NCBI GenBank assembly: GCA_017619815.1
Contig: JAFZRR010000043.1
Coordinates: 1 to 57,141 of the forward strand
DNA from: Bacilli bacterium
GTDB taxonomy: Bacteria; Bacillota_I; Bacilli_A; RFN20; CAG-826
Reading direction: 5' to 3'
Length of the DNA stretch: 57,141 nucleotides
Position 1 is the first letter of the stretch. The number at the start of each line of letters is the position of its first letter. A program made the translations under genes and the position numbers. Of this stretch, positions 9,178-18,759 are shown piece after piece. The notes beneath the pieces are model-generated. The model was not told the origin of the DNA, searched no databases, and was given only the letters and a program-made list of their open reading frames with translations.

Positions 9178-10217
9178 GTCTTTATGTTGATATAAAGAAA
9201 GATTTTGGTTCTTTCAAACTTAACGTTAAATTCGAAACAGAAGGTGGAGTCACCTCTATTTTAGGCGCCAGTGGTACTGGCAAATCTATGACTTTGAAAT
9301 GTATCGCCGGAATCGAAAAGCCAGATTCAGGCATCATAGTTTTAAATGGTAGGACATTGTTTGATTCTTCTAAGAAAATCAATCTTCCACCTCAAAAAAG
9401 ACATGTTGGATATATGTTCCAAAATTATGCTTTGTTCCCAAATATGACCGTGCGTCAAAACATTATGTGTGGCATGCACAATCAAGGCAAAGAAGTTGAT
9501 AAAGAATCAAAACTTTTAGCTATTGCTAAAAAGTTAAAAATTGATCACCTCTTGAAACATCGCCCACATCAAATTTCTGGTGGCCAAGCACAACGTGTTG
9601 CCTTAGCGAGAATTCTTGTTAATGATCCAGAAATTATCTTATTAGATGAGCCATTCTCCGCTTTAGATGAGCATTTAAGAAATCGTCTCCAAATTGAAAT
9701 GAAAGAAAACCTTAATGAGTTTAATAAGGAAGCTCTTTTGGTTACTCATAATCGTGATGAAGCCTATGTTCTTTCTAATGAAACTGTCATCTTGTCTGAA
9801 GGTGATAGCTTAATGCAAGGAAAGACAAAAGAAATCTTTATTAAACCTATATATTTAGAAACAGCGATTATCACTGGTTGTAAGAATTTTGCTCCATGTA
9901 TTAAGGTAGATGATCACACAATTGATATTCCTGATTGGGGGGTTAAATTCCATATTGATGAAGTGGTAAATGAAGATATAAATTATGTTGGATTAAGAGC
10001 TCACGAATTTGAAGTGAATGAAAAAGAGAACAAGAATAACATCAAAGTTTTAGAAGTTATTGAACAACCATTTGAAATTCAAGTTCGCTTCAAATATGAA
10101 AATCAAATTGATGATAGCGAAGAATTACTTTGGACGTTAAAAAAAGATTCCAAACCTTTCGTTTCACCGAAGCATTTAGGAATCAAATCGAATCATATTT
10201 TATTACTTAAGAAATAA
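9174..10217 (+). CDS. modC: Molybdate ABC transporter ATP-binding protein
   Basis: Walker A GASGTGKS, signature ISGGQAQRVALAR, Walker B LLDEPFSALD, INLPPQKRHVG; ATGA overlap with modB. Confidence 0.93.
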   Translation: MSLYVDIKKDFGSFKLNVKFETEGGVTSILGASGTGKSMTLKCIAGIEKPDSGIIVLNGRTLFDSSKKINLPPQKRHVGYMFQNYALFPNMTVRQNIMCGMHNQGKEVDKESKLLAIAKKLKIDHLLKHRPHQISGGQAQRVALARILVNDPEIILLDEPFSALDEHLRNRLQIEMKENLNEFNKEALLVTHNRDEAYVLSNETVILSEGDSLMQGKTKEIFIKPIYLETAIITGCKNFAPCIKVDDHTIDIPDWGVKFHIDEVVNEDINYVGLRAHEFEVNEKENKNNIKVLEVIEQPFEIQVRFKYENQIDDSEELLWTLKKDSKPFVSPKHLGIKSNHILLLKK

Positions 10218-10221
10218 TTTA

Positions 10222-11073
10222 TTATTTCTTGAAGAATTCACAAAGCTCAGGCACGTTGTTTCTCATGTGAGAATTGACTGCCTCTTTTTTATAGAAAATA
10301 GAAAGAATTTCACCGGCGATTGAGACTGCGATTTCTTCTGGAGAGTCGCCTCCAGTTTGTAGTCCGATTGGAGAATAGAAGTTTGATAAATCAATATCTC
10401 TACCGTGTTTTGCGAACAATTCATCGAGATAATCTTTTATCTTCTTTTTGCTACAAAGCATGCCGAAATATGCTGGCTTAATATTGAGTTCAAATATTGC
10501 ATCTAAAACATCATAGTCATGTAAATGACTTGGTGTACAAACAACGACATAACGATTGTCGGGCATGCCGTATTTTTTAAGATAATCCGCGAAGCCAATA
10601 TTAACTTTAACGTTCGCGGAATCATCTAATGCATTAATGACTTCTTTGCGGTCATCAATAATAGTGACAAAGAAATTTAATGGTCTTAATAATTTGGCTA
10701 ATGCCGCACCGCAGTGGCCAGCGCCAAAAATATAGACATATTGTTTAGGACCAACAAATTCATAGAATAGTGTAGCGGTTCCTCCGCAAGCCATATCGAG
10801 TTTAACTTCGTTATTAGAAACTTTAATTTCTTTATTGTTTAATAAATATTTTTCGGTAACAGATTCTCTGTTCTTGATAATCTCTTTGCACTTTTCGCGT
10901 GCGTAATACTCTATAGAACCTCCACCGACGGTACCAAAAGCTTCGTTATCTTCTGTAACGATCATTTTCTTTCCGACATCAGATGGGCCCATGCCTGTCT
11001 TTTCAGTGACAGTGACAATAACTAAATCCTTACCGGCGTTCTTGAGTTCTGCAATTTTGCTATAAATATCCAT
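10222..11073 (-). CDS. XdhC/CoxF-family molybdoenzyme maturation factor
   Basis: GTVGGGSIE, MACGG, IFGAGHCG, IDDR and YSPIGLQTGGDSPEEIAVSIAGEI. Confidence 0.9.
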   Translation of the reverse strand: MDIYSKIAELKNAGKDLVIVTVTEKTGMGPSDVGKKMIVTEDNEAFGTVGGGSIEYYAREKCKEIIKNRESVTEKYLLNNKEIKVSNNEVKLDMACGGTATLFYEFVGPKQYVYIFGAGHCGAALAKLLRPLNFFVTIIDDRKEVINALDDSANVKVNIGFADYLKKYGMPDNRYVVVCTPSHLHDYDVLDAIFELNIKPAYFGMLCSKKKIKDYLDELFAKHGRDIDLSNFYSPIGLQTGGDSPEEIAVSIAGEILSIFYKKEAVNSHMRNNVPELCEFFKK

Positions 11074-11075
11074 AT

Positions 11076-12758
11076 TTAAAACTTGATTCTTTCGTTGATA
11101 GTTTTGATTTTTTCAACGTTGAACTTAACGACTTGTCTATCGAATGTAATGAAGCCATTTAATTCATCTTCAACGTCACTTAACTGTGTGTAGATGCATG
11201 CGCTTAATCCTTTGCGGATATTGCTGATGACGTCTCTTTCAATCATCTTTTCATAAGCATCTAACCATTTGTCAGTATTCTTATAAACCTTATAAGTTTG
11301 TTTGCCTTTTCTCATATGGTCTCTAATTGGTAAGACGAGTCCACCAAATTCTGAGAGAACAACCGCGCGGTTCTTAATCTTATTTGCGCTTGGCATTTTT
11401 ACTTTTTTGAAATAGACGTGTAATGATTTCACATCACTGACACCTTGATCGTGCCAACCAGAAGCGTGATCGAACAATCTCGTTTTATCTAAGTCTCTTA
11501 GACCGTAGTAAATATCTTTTGCATCAAATTGCCCCCAACCTTCATTGAAGATTGTCCATAAAACAATTGATGGAGTGTTATATAAGTAGTTGATGATGTC
11601 ACGGAATTCTTGTCTAGCTTCCATACGACCTTCAACATCATTTCTTCCAAAGGCTTTATATTTGTTATCTTTTTTATGCTTACCAGTCACTAATGGTTTT
11701 AAAACAATTGATGGTTTATATTTGCCACCGCCATTAATGAAGTCTTGCCACACTAATAAACCCATGCGGTCGCATTCGTAATACCATCTTGGCATTTCAA
11801 TCTTGATATGTTTTCTAACTGTATTAAATCCTAAGGATTTGATTAATCCTAAGTCAGAAACATAATCCTGATAGGATTCCGGCGTATATAAGCCACCTTT
11901 ATAGTAGCCTTGGTCAAGAACACCTTTCATAAAATAAGGCTTGTTGTTAAGGGCTAAAACTTTATGGCCATTATGCATCATTGTGGAAACTTTTCTCATC
12001 GCGAAATAAGAAGAGATTTCATCACCTTTTGTTTTAACAGTGAAGCGATATAAGAATGGATCTTCTGGTGACCAAAGATGTGGATTATCAATTGGATAAC
12101 TCACTTCTTCATTTGTAGGAATAACCTTTTCTTTTCCAAAGATTTTAATCGTTGCGCCAGGAGCATCACTGATGACATTAATTCTCACTTCGTTATTATC
12201 AACATCTGGGGTGATTTTAAGTTCTTGAATGTAATCGTTAGAGACGCTCTCTAACCAAACTGGCATATAAATACCGGATTGAGGTGTATACCAAATACCG
12301 CCTCTTTTAATCTTTTGTTTGCCACGAGAGAAGTGGGATGTATCAGAAACATCTCTAACTTTAACTAATAAAACATTTTCATCTTCAAGGAATGGTTTGA
12401 TATCAAATTCAAATGGCAAATAACCACCGACATGTAAACCTAAATGTGCATCATTTAAATACACATCTGCGATTTGATCAACACCCATGAAATGGAGAAT
12501 AACTTTATCTTTGATAAAAGATTTATCTAAAGAGAATTTTAAACGATAGTATAATCTTTCATCTGGATGAACAGTTCTATTCACACCAGAAAGCTCGGTT
12601 TCAGGAGAAAATGGAACCATGATTTTACCATCAAAAGTATCAGGAACTTTTTTGTCTTTCCTGATTGCGTATTCCCATTCCCCATTCAAGCTAAGATAAC
12701 TATTTCTAACTAATTGTGGTCTTGGATAATCGATGAGTGGTTTATTCGCTCTGTTCAT
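11076..12758 (-). CDS. Glycoside hydrolase family 2 (short, beta-galactosidase/galactofuranosidase-like)
   Basis: YPRPQLVR..LNGEW, GGIWYTPQSGI, LDQGY, RKHIK, WTIFNEGWGQ (acid/base) and VLSEFGG (nucleophile). ATG at 12758 with GAAGGGG RBS is preferred over TTG at 12770. Confidence 0.88.
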   Translation of the reverse strand: MNRANKPLIDYPRPQLVRNSYLSLNGEWEYAIRKDKKVPDTFDGKIMVPFSPETELSGVNRTVHPDERLYYRLKFSLDKSFIKDKVILHFMGVDQIADVYLNDAHLGLHVGGYLPFEFDIKPFLEDENVLLVKVRDVSDTSHFSRGKQKIKRGGIWYTPQSGIYMPVWLESVSNDYIQELKITPDVDNNEVRINVISDAPGATIKIFGKEKVIPTNEEVSYPIDNPHLWSPEDPFLYRFTVKTKGDEISSYFAMRKVSTMMHNGHKVLALNNKPYFMKGVLDQGYYKGGLYTPESYQDYVSDLGLIKSLGFNTVRKHIKIEMPRWYYECDRMGLLVWQDFINGGGKYKPSIVLKPLVTGKHKKDNKYKAFGRNDVEGRMEARQEFRDIINYLYNTPSIVLWTIFNEGWGQFDAKDIYYGLRDLDKTRLFDHASGWHDQGVSDVKSLHVYFKKVKMPSANKIKNRAVVLSEFGGLVLPIRDHMRKGKQTYKVYKNTDKWLDAYEKMIERDVISNIRKGLSACIYTQLSDVEDELNGFITFDRQVVKFNVEKIKTINERIKF

Positions 12759-14079
12759 ATTCCCCTTCAATATTATTTTCAGTTAATTTTTGTTTCTCTT
12801 TTTTAATGATAATTAAAGTTGGAATAATTGCAAGTAGAATAACTAAACCAGCGAATAAGAAGATAAATGCGTTTGGTTGAATTACTGTTTGATTGTATTC
12901 ATTTACATATGTTTGAGCGTTGATATAAGACACGCCTCTACCAATATATGGACCAGTAACCATTGGAATAAGAACGATGAAAATCATTCTCACACCTTGG
13001 AATAAACCAACTTCATTAACTGGAGTGTAATCTCTGACTTTTGCACCGATAACTGCAGTACCAATCATATAGCCTGTCATCATGACTGTACCCGCAATCA
13101 TAACGCCAACCATGGCGAAGCTCTTTTGCACAAAGAACATACCAACCGCGCCTGCGACTGTGATGGCAATTGCAGGAATGATGATTTTGTTTTTGCCAAT
13201 CTTGTCCATGAATAAACCAAAGACAACAGTGATGATAGAAGCAAGGATTAAAACAACACCTAAAGTAATTGTGAAATTCAAATCTTTGATTTCTAAAACC
13301 TTATCGATATAAACCATCAAATATGGCATGAACACTTGAATACCAATGAAGAAGACCATGAAGGTAATTAAAACTAAATAAAGTAGTGGATTGGCTTTGA
13401 TGACTGATGGTCTAAAACCATAGAATATATTTTTAATATATGGCTCATTCTTATTTGGTTGGATTTGATCTTTTGGTAATAAGAAGATGCTGACAATACC
13501 AGCGACTGTTGTGAGGCCACCGATGATGACGAAGAATAATAACCAATTTCTCTTTCCTTCGGCGGTTAAAGCGCCATCTAAACCAACAACCACAATCATA
13601 GCGATAAGTGGAAGAATTGATAAAACACTTTCAACTTTTCCGCGGTTGCTCTCTTGTGTATTGTCTGTAACATATGCGTTAAATGCCGCGTCATTCGCGG
13701 TACTACCGAAGAATGTCATAACGCAGTCCATAACAACAATCATCGTACCTGCCGCCATCGCGGAACCAGCAACAAGACTGAGTTTAGAATTTGGATCTAA
13801 GAAAGCAAATAAGATAATGGAAATACCCCAGATGATGTAACCAAATGAGATAAAGGCTTTTCTTTTGCCTAACCTATCGCTTAAAGCTCCCATCAACAAA
13901 GTTGTAATTGTGGCAGCGGCTGCACTGGCAGCCACCATGATAGGAATGAATGTGTAATTCGCCGTACAATCAAACACATACAAATTGAAATAATTATTTT
14001 CAATTGCCCATGCTAATTGGCCTACAAAACCAGCGATGATAAATGAAAGCCATTTTCTGATTCCGATTTTATTATTCAT
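12742..14079 (-). CDS. MFS sugar transporter
   Basis: 12 TM segments; motif A GALSDRLGKRK and GLFMDKIGK; overlaps the GH2 start. Confidence 0.9.
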   Translation of the reverse strand: MNNKIGIRKWLSFIIAGFVGQLAWAIENNYFNLYVFDCTANYTFIPIMVAASAAAATITTLLMGALSDRLGKRKAFISFGYIIWGISIILFAFLDPNSKLSLVAGSAMAAGTMIVVMDCVMTFFGSTANDAAFNAYVTDNTQESNRGKVESVLSILPLIAMIVVVGLDGALTAEGKRNWLLFFVIIGGLTTVAGIVSIFLLPKDQIQPNKNEPYIKNIFYGFRPSVIKANPLLYLVLITFMVFFIGIQVFMPYLMVYIDKVLEIKDLNFTITLGVVLILASIITVVFGLFMDKIGKNKIIIPAIAITVAGAVGMFFVQKSFAMVGVMIAGTVMMTGYMIGTAVIGAKVRDYTPVNEVGLFQGVRMIFIVLIPMVTGPYIGRGVSYINAQTYVNEYNQTVIQPNAFIFLFAGLVILLAIIPTLIIIKKEKQKLTENNIEGEYEQSE

Positions 14080-14171
14080 ATTCTTAGTCCTCGGTTATAA
14101 GGATTTGCACCATTTCTATTATATTAGAAAAATATATAGCGAGTATGTATTTTTACGATTATATTATTGCT

Positions 14172-15044
14172 ATGGAAACAAAATTCATTGTCATTAAAAA
14201 TGAATACCTCGAAGTCACTCTCTCAACATTAGGAGCTTCTATTTATAGAATCATCTTCGATGGAAAAGATATGGTGCTCACGCCCAAAGATAAAAATGAT
14301 TTTTATAAAACCAGTGTTTATTACGGAAAAACTATCGGTAGAGTTTGTGGAAGAATTGAAATAAAAGACACTTTGAACTTTAAGCCACAAGCCAATGAAA
14401 GTGGTGTTTCCCTCCATGGTGGTTTTGATGGTTTATCCACAAAAGAATTCAATGTGGATGCAAAACCAACATATGCAGAATTCCATTATTTATCTAAAGA
14501 TGGTGAAGCTGGATATCCTGGAAATATGATATTCAGAGTGAGATATGAATTAATTGATAATTCTTTAATTATTTCTTACTTCACGGTTACCGATAAACCT
14601 TGCCTATTAGCAATGACCAATCACGCATATTTCTGTTTAGGAGAAGATAAATTAGATAATTTATATCTCAAGATGGAAAACGAGAAATATTTAGTCGTGG
14701 ATAATCGTTTATTACCAGTTGAATATGAATCAATACCAGAAAAATTCAACTTTACCAACGGTAAAAAACTTGATAAAACTGGTGATATTGATAACTATTT
14801 CCTTTTCAAAGAAAAGGCTGTTGAACTTTACTCAGATAAATATTCTTTGAATATCCAAACAAATTTTGTGGGAACTCAACTTTTTACTGATCATTGGCTT
14901 GATAATGTAGAAGTTTATTCCAGTAAAGAAAAAGTTTGTCGCGCAATCGCAATTGAACCACAAGATAATCAATTAGAAAGAAAAGAATTATTACCCCATG
15001 AACATTACGAAAGGTATATTAGATACACATTTAAGAAATTATGA
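14172..15044 (+). CDS. galM: Aldose 1-epimerase (galactose mutarotase)
   Basis: GKTIGRVCGRI, LHGG, GYPGN, TNHAYF and AIEPQ. Start chosen at METKF (14172); 14145 is also possible. Confidence 0.9.
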   Translation: METKFIVIKNEYLEVTLSTLGASIYRIIFDGKDMVLTPKDKNDFYKTSVYYGKTIGRVCGRIEIKDTLNFKPQANESGVSLHGGFDGLSTKEFNVDAKPTYAEFHYLSKDGEAGYPGNMIFRVRYELIDNSLIISYFTVTDKPCLLAMTNHAYFCLGEDKLDNLYLKMENEKYLVVDNRLLPVEYESIPEKFNFTNGKKLDKTGDIDNYFLFKEKAVELYSDKYSLNIQTNFVGTQLFTDHWLDNVEVYSSKEKVCRAIAIEPQDNQLERKELLPHEHYERYIRYTFKKL

Positions 15045-16186
15045 AAACTGAACTATTTGAAAAATTTTTAAACAAATTTGGAAAACCAGCTGAAGGATAT
15101 GTCCAAAGTGGCGGTCGCTTTGAGATGCTCGGAAATCACACTGACCACAACCACGGAAAGACCTTAGCGTCCACCTGTTCACTAGTCATTGAAGGAGCAT
15201 ATTCTAAGGAAGAAAATAATCAAGTTCGATTAGTTTCCGAAGGACAGTGCGAATTTGAAATCTCACTTGATAACACAGACTACGTTCAAGAGACAGTAGA
15301 TTTATCCGCTTGTTTCATTAGAGGAATCGCTGATTATTTTAAAAAACACGGATATAAATATGGTGGCTTTTCCGTCTACACAAAATCCAACGTTCCTCCA
15401 GGAGCAGGTGTCTCCAGCTCAGCAGCTTTTGAGATTCTTTTAGGAAAGATTTTTAATGCCTTATATAACGACAATCAAATTGGAATTTTAGAACTTTGTA
15501 AAGCTGGACAATACGCTGAGAATAATTACTTTGGCAAGAAGAGTGGTCTTTTAGACCAAATTGCTTGTGCTTCCATGGGCGTATCCTATATTGATTTTGA
15601 AAATATCGAAAAACCACAAATTGAAATCATTCATAATGACTTCCCAGGATATCAATTTGTTATCGTTAATACCGGAAAGAGCCATGCTTCTCTCAGTCAT
15701 TTATATTCTTCCATCACATCTGATATGTGGAATGCCGCAAAGAAGATGGGACATGAATTCTTAAGAGAATGTTCTAAAGGAGAACTGGAAAATATTAAAC
15801 CTCAGTTAACTGAAGGTGAATATAACCGCGCCAAACACTTCTTTGATGAAAACGAAAGAGTGGAAAAAGGTAGAAATTGTTTAAAAAACAATGACTATGA
15901 AGGATTTTTGGAATGTGTTAGAGGTAGTGAGGTTTCAAGTCGTAATCTTTTAAAGAACGCAATGGTCAATGATGAATATGAAGGATCCTTAGCCGAAGCC
16001 ATTGATATTTCCAATGCTGCTATGGATAATTTAGGAGCTTCAAAAATCAATGGTGGTGGTTTTGGTGGTTCCATCATTTGTATAGTTCCTATTAGTAAAT
16101 TGGAACAATATGTGCGTATAATGAAAGAAAGATACGGAGAAAATCAAGTATTCATCGTATCAATTCTTAACAAAGCAAAGGAGTAA
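15041..16186 (+). CDS. galK: Galactokinase (GHMP family)
   Basis: GRFEMLGNHTDHNHG, PPGAGVSSSAA, SGLLDQ and GGGFGGS; ATGA overlap with galM. Confidence 0.9.
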   Translation: MKTELFEKFLNKFGKPAEGYVQSGGRFEMLGNHTDHNHGKTLASTCSLVIEGAYSKEENNQVRLVSEGQCEFEISLDNTDYVQETVDLSACFIRGIADYFKKHGYKYGGFSVYTKSNVPPGAGVSSSAAFEILLGKIFNALYNDNQIGILELCKAGQYAENNYFGKKSGLLDQIACASMGVSYIDFENIEKPQIEIIHNDFPGYQFVIVNTGKSHASLSHLYSSITSDMWNAAKKMGHEFLRECSKGELENIKPQLTEGEYNRAKHFFDENERVEKGRNCLKNNDYEGFLECVRGSEVSSRNLLKNAMVNDEYEGSLAEAIDISNAAMDNLGASKINGGGFGGSIICIVPISKLEQYVRIMKERYGENQVFIVSILNKAKE

Positions 16187-16191
16187 ATCGT

Positions 16192-16791
16192 ATGCAATTT
16201 AAGAAAAGTATTTTATTGCCAATCGTCTTATCAGTTATTGGCATCTTCGTTTCCGTCCTTGGATTTATCATGATTCAAGTCGCCGCCAAAGTGAATAACA
16301 CCACAACCGGTGCATCTCCATTAGCGATCGTTGAATTAGTTTTATTCGTCTTAATGTTATCAGCATTATCCGCCAAGAAACCAATCTTCACAAAGGTTGT
16401 TTGTATCATTGCTATTGCAGCATTGTTATTACAAGCTTTCATCGTGTGTATCGTTTCTTCCGTCTCTTTCCAATATAGAGATGTGCAATGGGATACAGTT
16501 TCATTCTTATCCTTAGGCGTCTTATGCTTAGTCGCAGTCATCTTATTCTTAATCTATTACCTTATCGGTAAAAAAGATGTTCTAAAGAAATTAGCATTAA
16601 TTATGAATATCTTTGTTATGGCATTCTATTTCATTTTCGCCGCTATTATGGGTGTTTCATCATTCGCAGGCGTTTATGCTACAACAAGATATTACGGAAT
16701 CGAATTAGCGGTTCTCTTATTAAATGTCTGTTTAATGTCAGGAATTGTTCTTTCTCTCCAAGGAAACCTCGAAACTAAAGAAGAAGAATAA
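16192..16791 (+). CDS. Hypothetical membrane protein (about 6 TM)
   Basis: Hydrophobic ORF with AAGGAG RBS, 5 nt after galK; no recognisable motif. Confidence 0.75.
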   Translation: MQFKKSILLPIVLSVIGIFVSVLGFIMIQVAAKVNNTTTGASPLAIVELVLFVLMLSALSAKKPIFTKVVCIIAIAALLLQAFIVCIVSSVSFQYRDVQWDTVSFLSLGVLCLVAVILFLIYYLIGKKDVLKKLALIMNIFVMAFYFIFAAIMGVSSFAGVYATTRYYGIELAVLLLNVCLMSGIVLSLQGNLETKEEE

Positions 16792-16810
16792 CATTTAAAA
16801 ATCTCATAAA

Positions 16811-16842
16811 AGAGCGGTCAAATTAAACGACCGCTTTTTTTA
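16811..16842 (+). terminator. Intrinsic terminator
   Basis: AGCGGTC-aaattaaac-GACCGCT followed by a T run. Confidence 0.8.
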
Positions 16843-16968
16843 TTTTATAAAAGAGAACATCTTTTTATACGAAAATCTACTGTGTTTTTTTCAAGTCTTC
16901 AGTTTGTTGTTTTATTGAAACTATTTAATTAAAATTAAAGTGTATCGTTTTTATACGGAGGTTCAATA

Positions 16969-18696
16969 ATGGGCTCAAAATCTAGAGTTGCCAAGGCTTA
17001 TACTGGCAACAAGGTTCCAAAGTTCACGAGATGGTTTTATCCATTCAGTGGTATTTTTCGTGATGCATGTTATGCATTAGTTGGTTCATTCCTTCTTCAA
17101 TACGCAATTACATCTGGCGTCTTAAGTAGCAATGCCGATACATTTGCTACTCAATATGGTGTCATCACCATTGCGATGATGATTGCTCTTGTTTGGGATG
17201 GTATCAACGATCCTATCATGGGATTTATTGTTGAGAAGGTTCACTTCAAACTCGGCAAATTTAAACCATGGATTTTAATTGGTGCTATCGGTAATACACT
17301 TGCCGTCATGCTCCTCTTCTTAGTGAGACCTGCTAACAGCTGGGTCTTCGTTGGTTTAATGATTGCCTTCTATGTCTTGTGGGATACATTCTTCACAATG
17401 AACGACATTGGCTACTGGGCCATGTTACCATCACTTTCAAGTGATGAAAAAGAACGTGCAACTTTAACTTCACGTGTTACAATCTGCGCTGCTATCGGTG
17501 GTTTCTTAATGACCGGTGCTGCAACATTATTACCAACAATGTTTGGTGCTAGTAGTGGTAAAGGTGCTGCTACAGTTTATGGAATTATGGCTATTGTTGT
17601 TAGCTTATTATTCCTTGCTTCTCAAACTGCAGTCTTCTTCTTCTGCCAAGAAAAGGCTAGAGACGTTAAACAAGAAGAAGCTTCAGAAAAATCAAGTCTC
17701 GCTGACTTATTCAAGATTGTCGGTAAGGATCCACAAGTTCGTTGGGTTGTTATCTCCATCTTCTTATATTACTTAGCCAGTGGCGTTTTAACCGGTGGTA
17801 TTGGTATGAACTATTACTACTTATCCGTAGGATATGGTTCCGCTTCTGGTGGTTTAGTTGTTACATTGATCGCTGTGTTCTATGTCTTATCTCAAATCAG
17901 TTCACAAGCGTTATATCCAGTAATTGCTAAGAAAATTTCCAAACAAAAGATTTTATTAATCGCCACAATCATCACATTAGTGGGTGCGGTTGGATTCTTC
18001 TTCACATGCTTCCCATTATTTGGTGATAAATCATTATCTGTCATGTTAAGTGGCGACGCTCCAGCATACGGAAAAGATATGATTAAAGAAGGTTTGCCAT
18101 GGGCATTCAGTGGTTTGATGTTCTTCAACTACTTATTCCCATTTGTGTTCTTCTTTGGCGCCGGTCTTGTTTACATGGTCTTATTAGTTATGTTCCAAGA
18201 CTCCATCGATTATCACGAATATACATTCGGTGAAAGAAAAGAATCTGTTATCTCCGCTTGGAGACCATTAGATGTTAAATTAGGTTCTGCGTTATTACGT
18301 GGTTTCCAATATTTAATCTTCTTAACCGCAGGTGTTATGGAAGTCGTTAACGGCATCTCTACCGCAGAAGGCACACTCAATGCTGATATGGCTCAAGCTG
18401 GAAGCGATGAAATTGCCAAAGATGCAGCAACACTTAAATTCACAACCAAAATTGCTGAATTAATGGATGGTGTTAAACCAGAATCACTAATTGTTATTGG
18501 TATTTGGGTGTTAGCAATTCTTGTTTTGTGCTTTGTCGCAGTATTCTTATTAATCCGCTTTGGATATAAAGTTACTGAAGAAAAACATATCCAAATGGTC
18601 GCGGAACTCGAACAACGCCATGCTGCAGCTGGTTTCAATAAAGAAGAAGTTGAACAATCAGTTGAAGCGGTTGTTGAAGAAAAACCAGAAGAATAA
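16969..18696 (+). CDS. GPH-family (MelB/LacS-like) galactoside:cation symporter
   Basis: VWDGINDPIMG, GKFKPWILIG, FFTMNDIGYWAMLPSLS, DSIDYHEY..GERKES; 12 TM with loop insertions. Confidence 0.9.
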   Translation: MGSKSRVAKAYTGNKVPKFTRWFYPFSGIFRDACYALVGSFLLQYAITSGVLSSNADTFATQYGVITIAMMIALVWDGINDPIMGFIVEKVHFKLGKFKPWILIGAIGNTLAVMLLFLVRPANSWVFVGLMIAFYVLWDTFFTMNDIGYWAMLPSLSSDEKERATLTSRVTICAAIGGFLMTGAATLLPTMFGASSGKGAATVYGIMAIVVSLLFLASQTAVFFFCQEKARDVKQEEASEKSSLADLFKIVGKDPQVRWVVISIFLYYLASGVLTGGIGMNYYYLSVGYGSASGGLVVTLIAVFYVLSQISSQALYPVIAKKISKQKILLIATIITLVGAVGFFFTCFPLFGDKSLSVMLSGDAPAYGKDMIKEGLPWAFSGLMFFNYLFPFVFFFGAGLVYMVLLVMFQDSIDYHEYTFGERKESVISAWRPLDVKLGSALLRGFQYLIFLTAGVMEVVNGISTAEGTLNADMAQAGSDEIAKDAATLKFTTKIAELMDGVKPESLIVIGIWVLAILVLCFVAVFLLIRFGYKVTEEKHIQMVAELEQRHAAAGFNKEEVEQSVEAVVEEKPEE

Positions 18697-18708
18697 ATAT
18701 AAATATTT

Positions 18709-18738
18709 AGGCTCTTCATAATCGAAGGGCCTTTCTTT
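18709..18738 (+). terminator. Probable intrinsic terminator
   Basis: AGGCTCTTC-ataatc-GAAGGGCCT followed by TTCTTT. Confidence 0.55.
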
Positions 18739-18759
18739 GCATAATAGGGGGTATTATAC

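Noticed and set aside
14119-14142. ModE-box-like half site TATATAGCGA upstream of the MFS-GH2-xdhC unit
   Set aside because: Only one half matches, the region is AT-rich, and no modE gene is seen.
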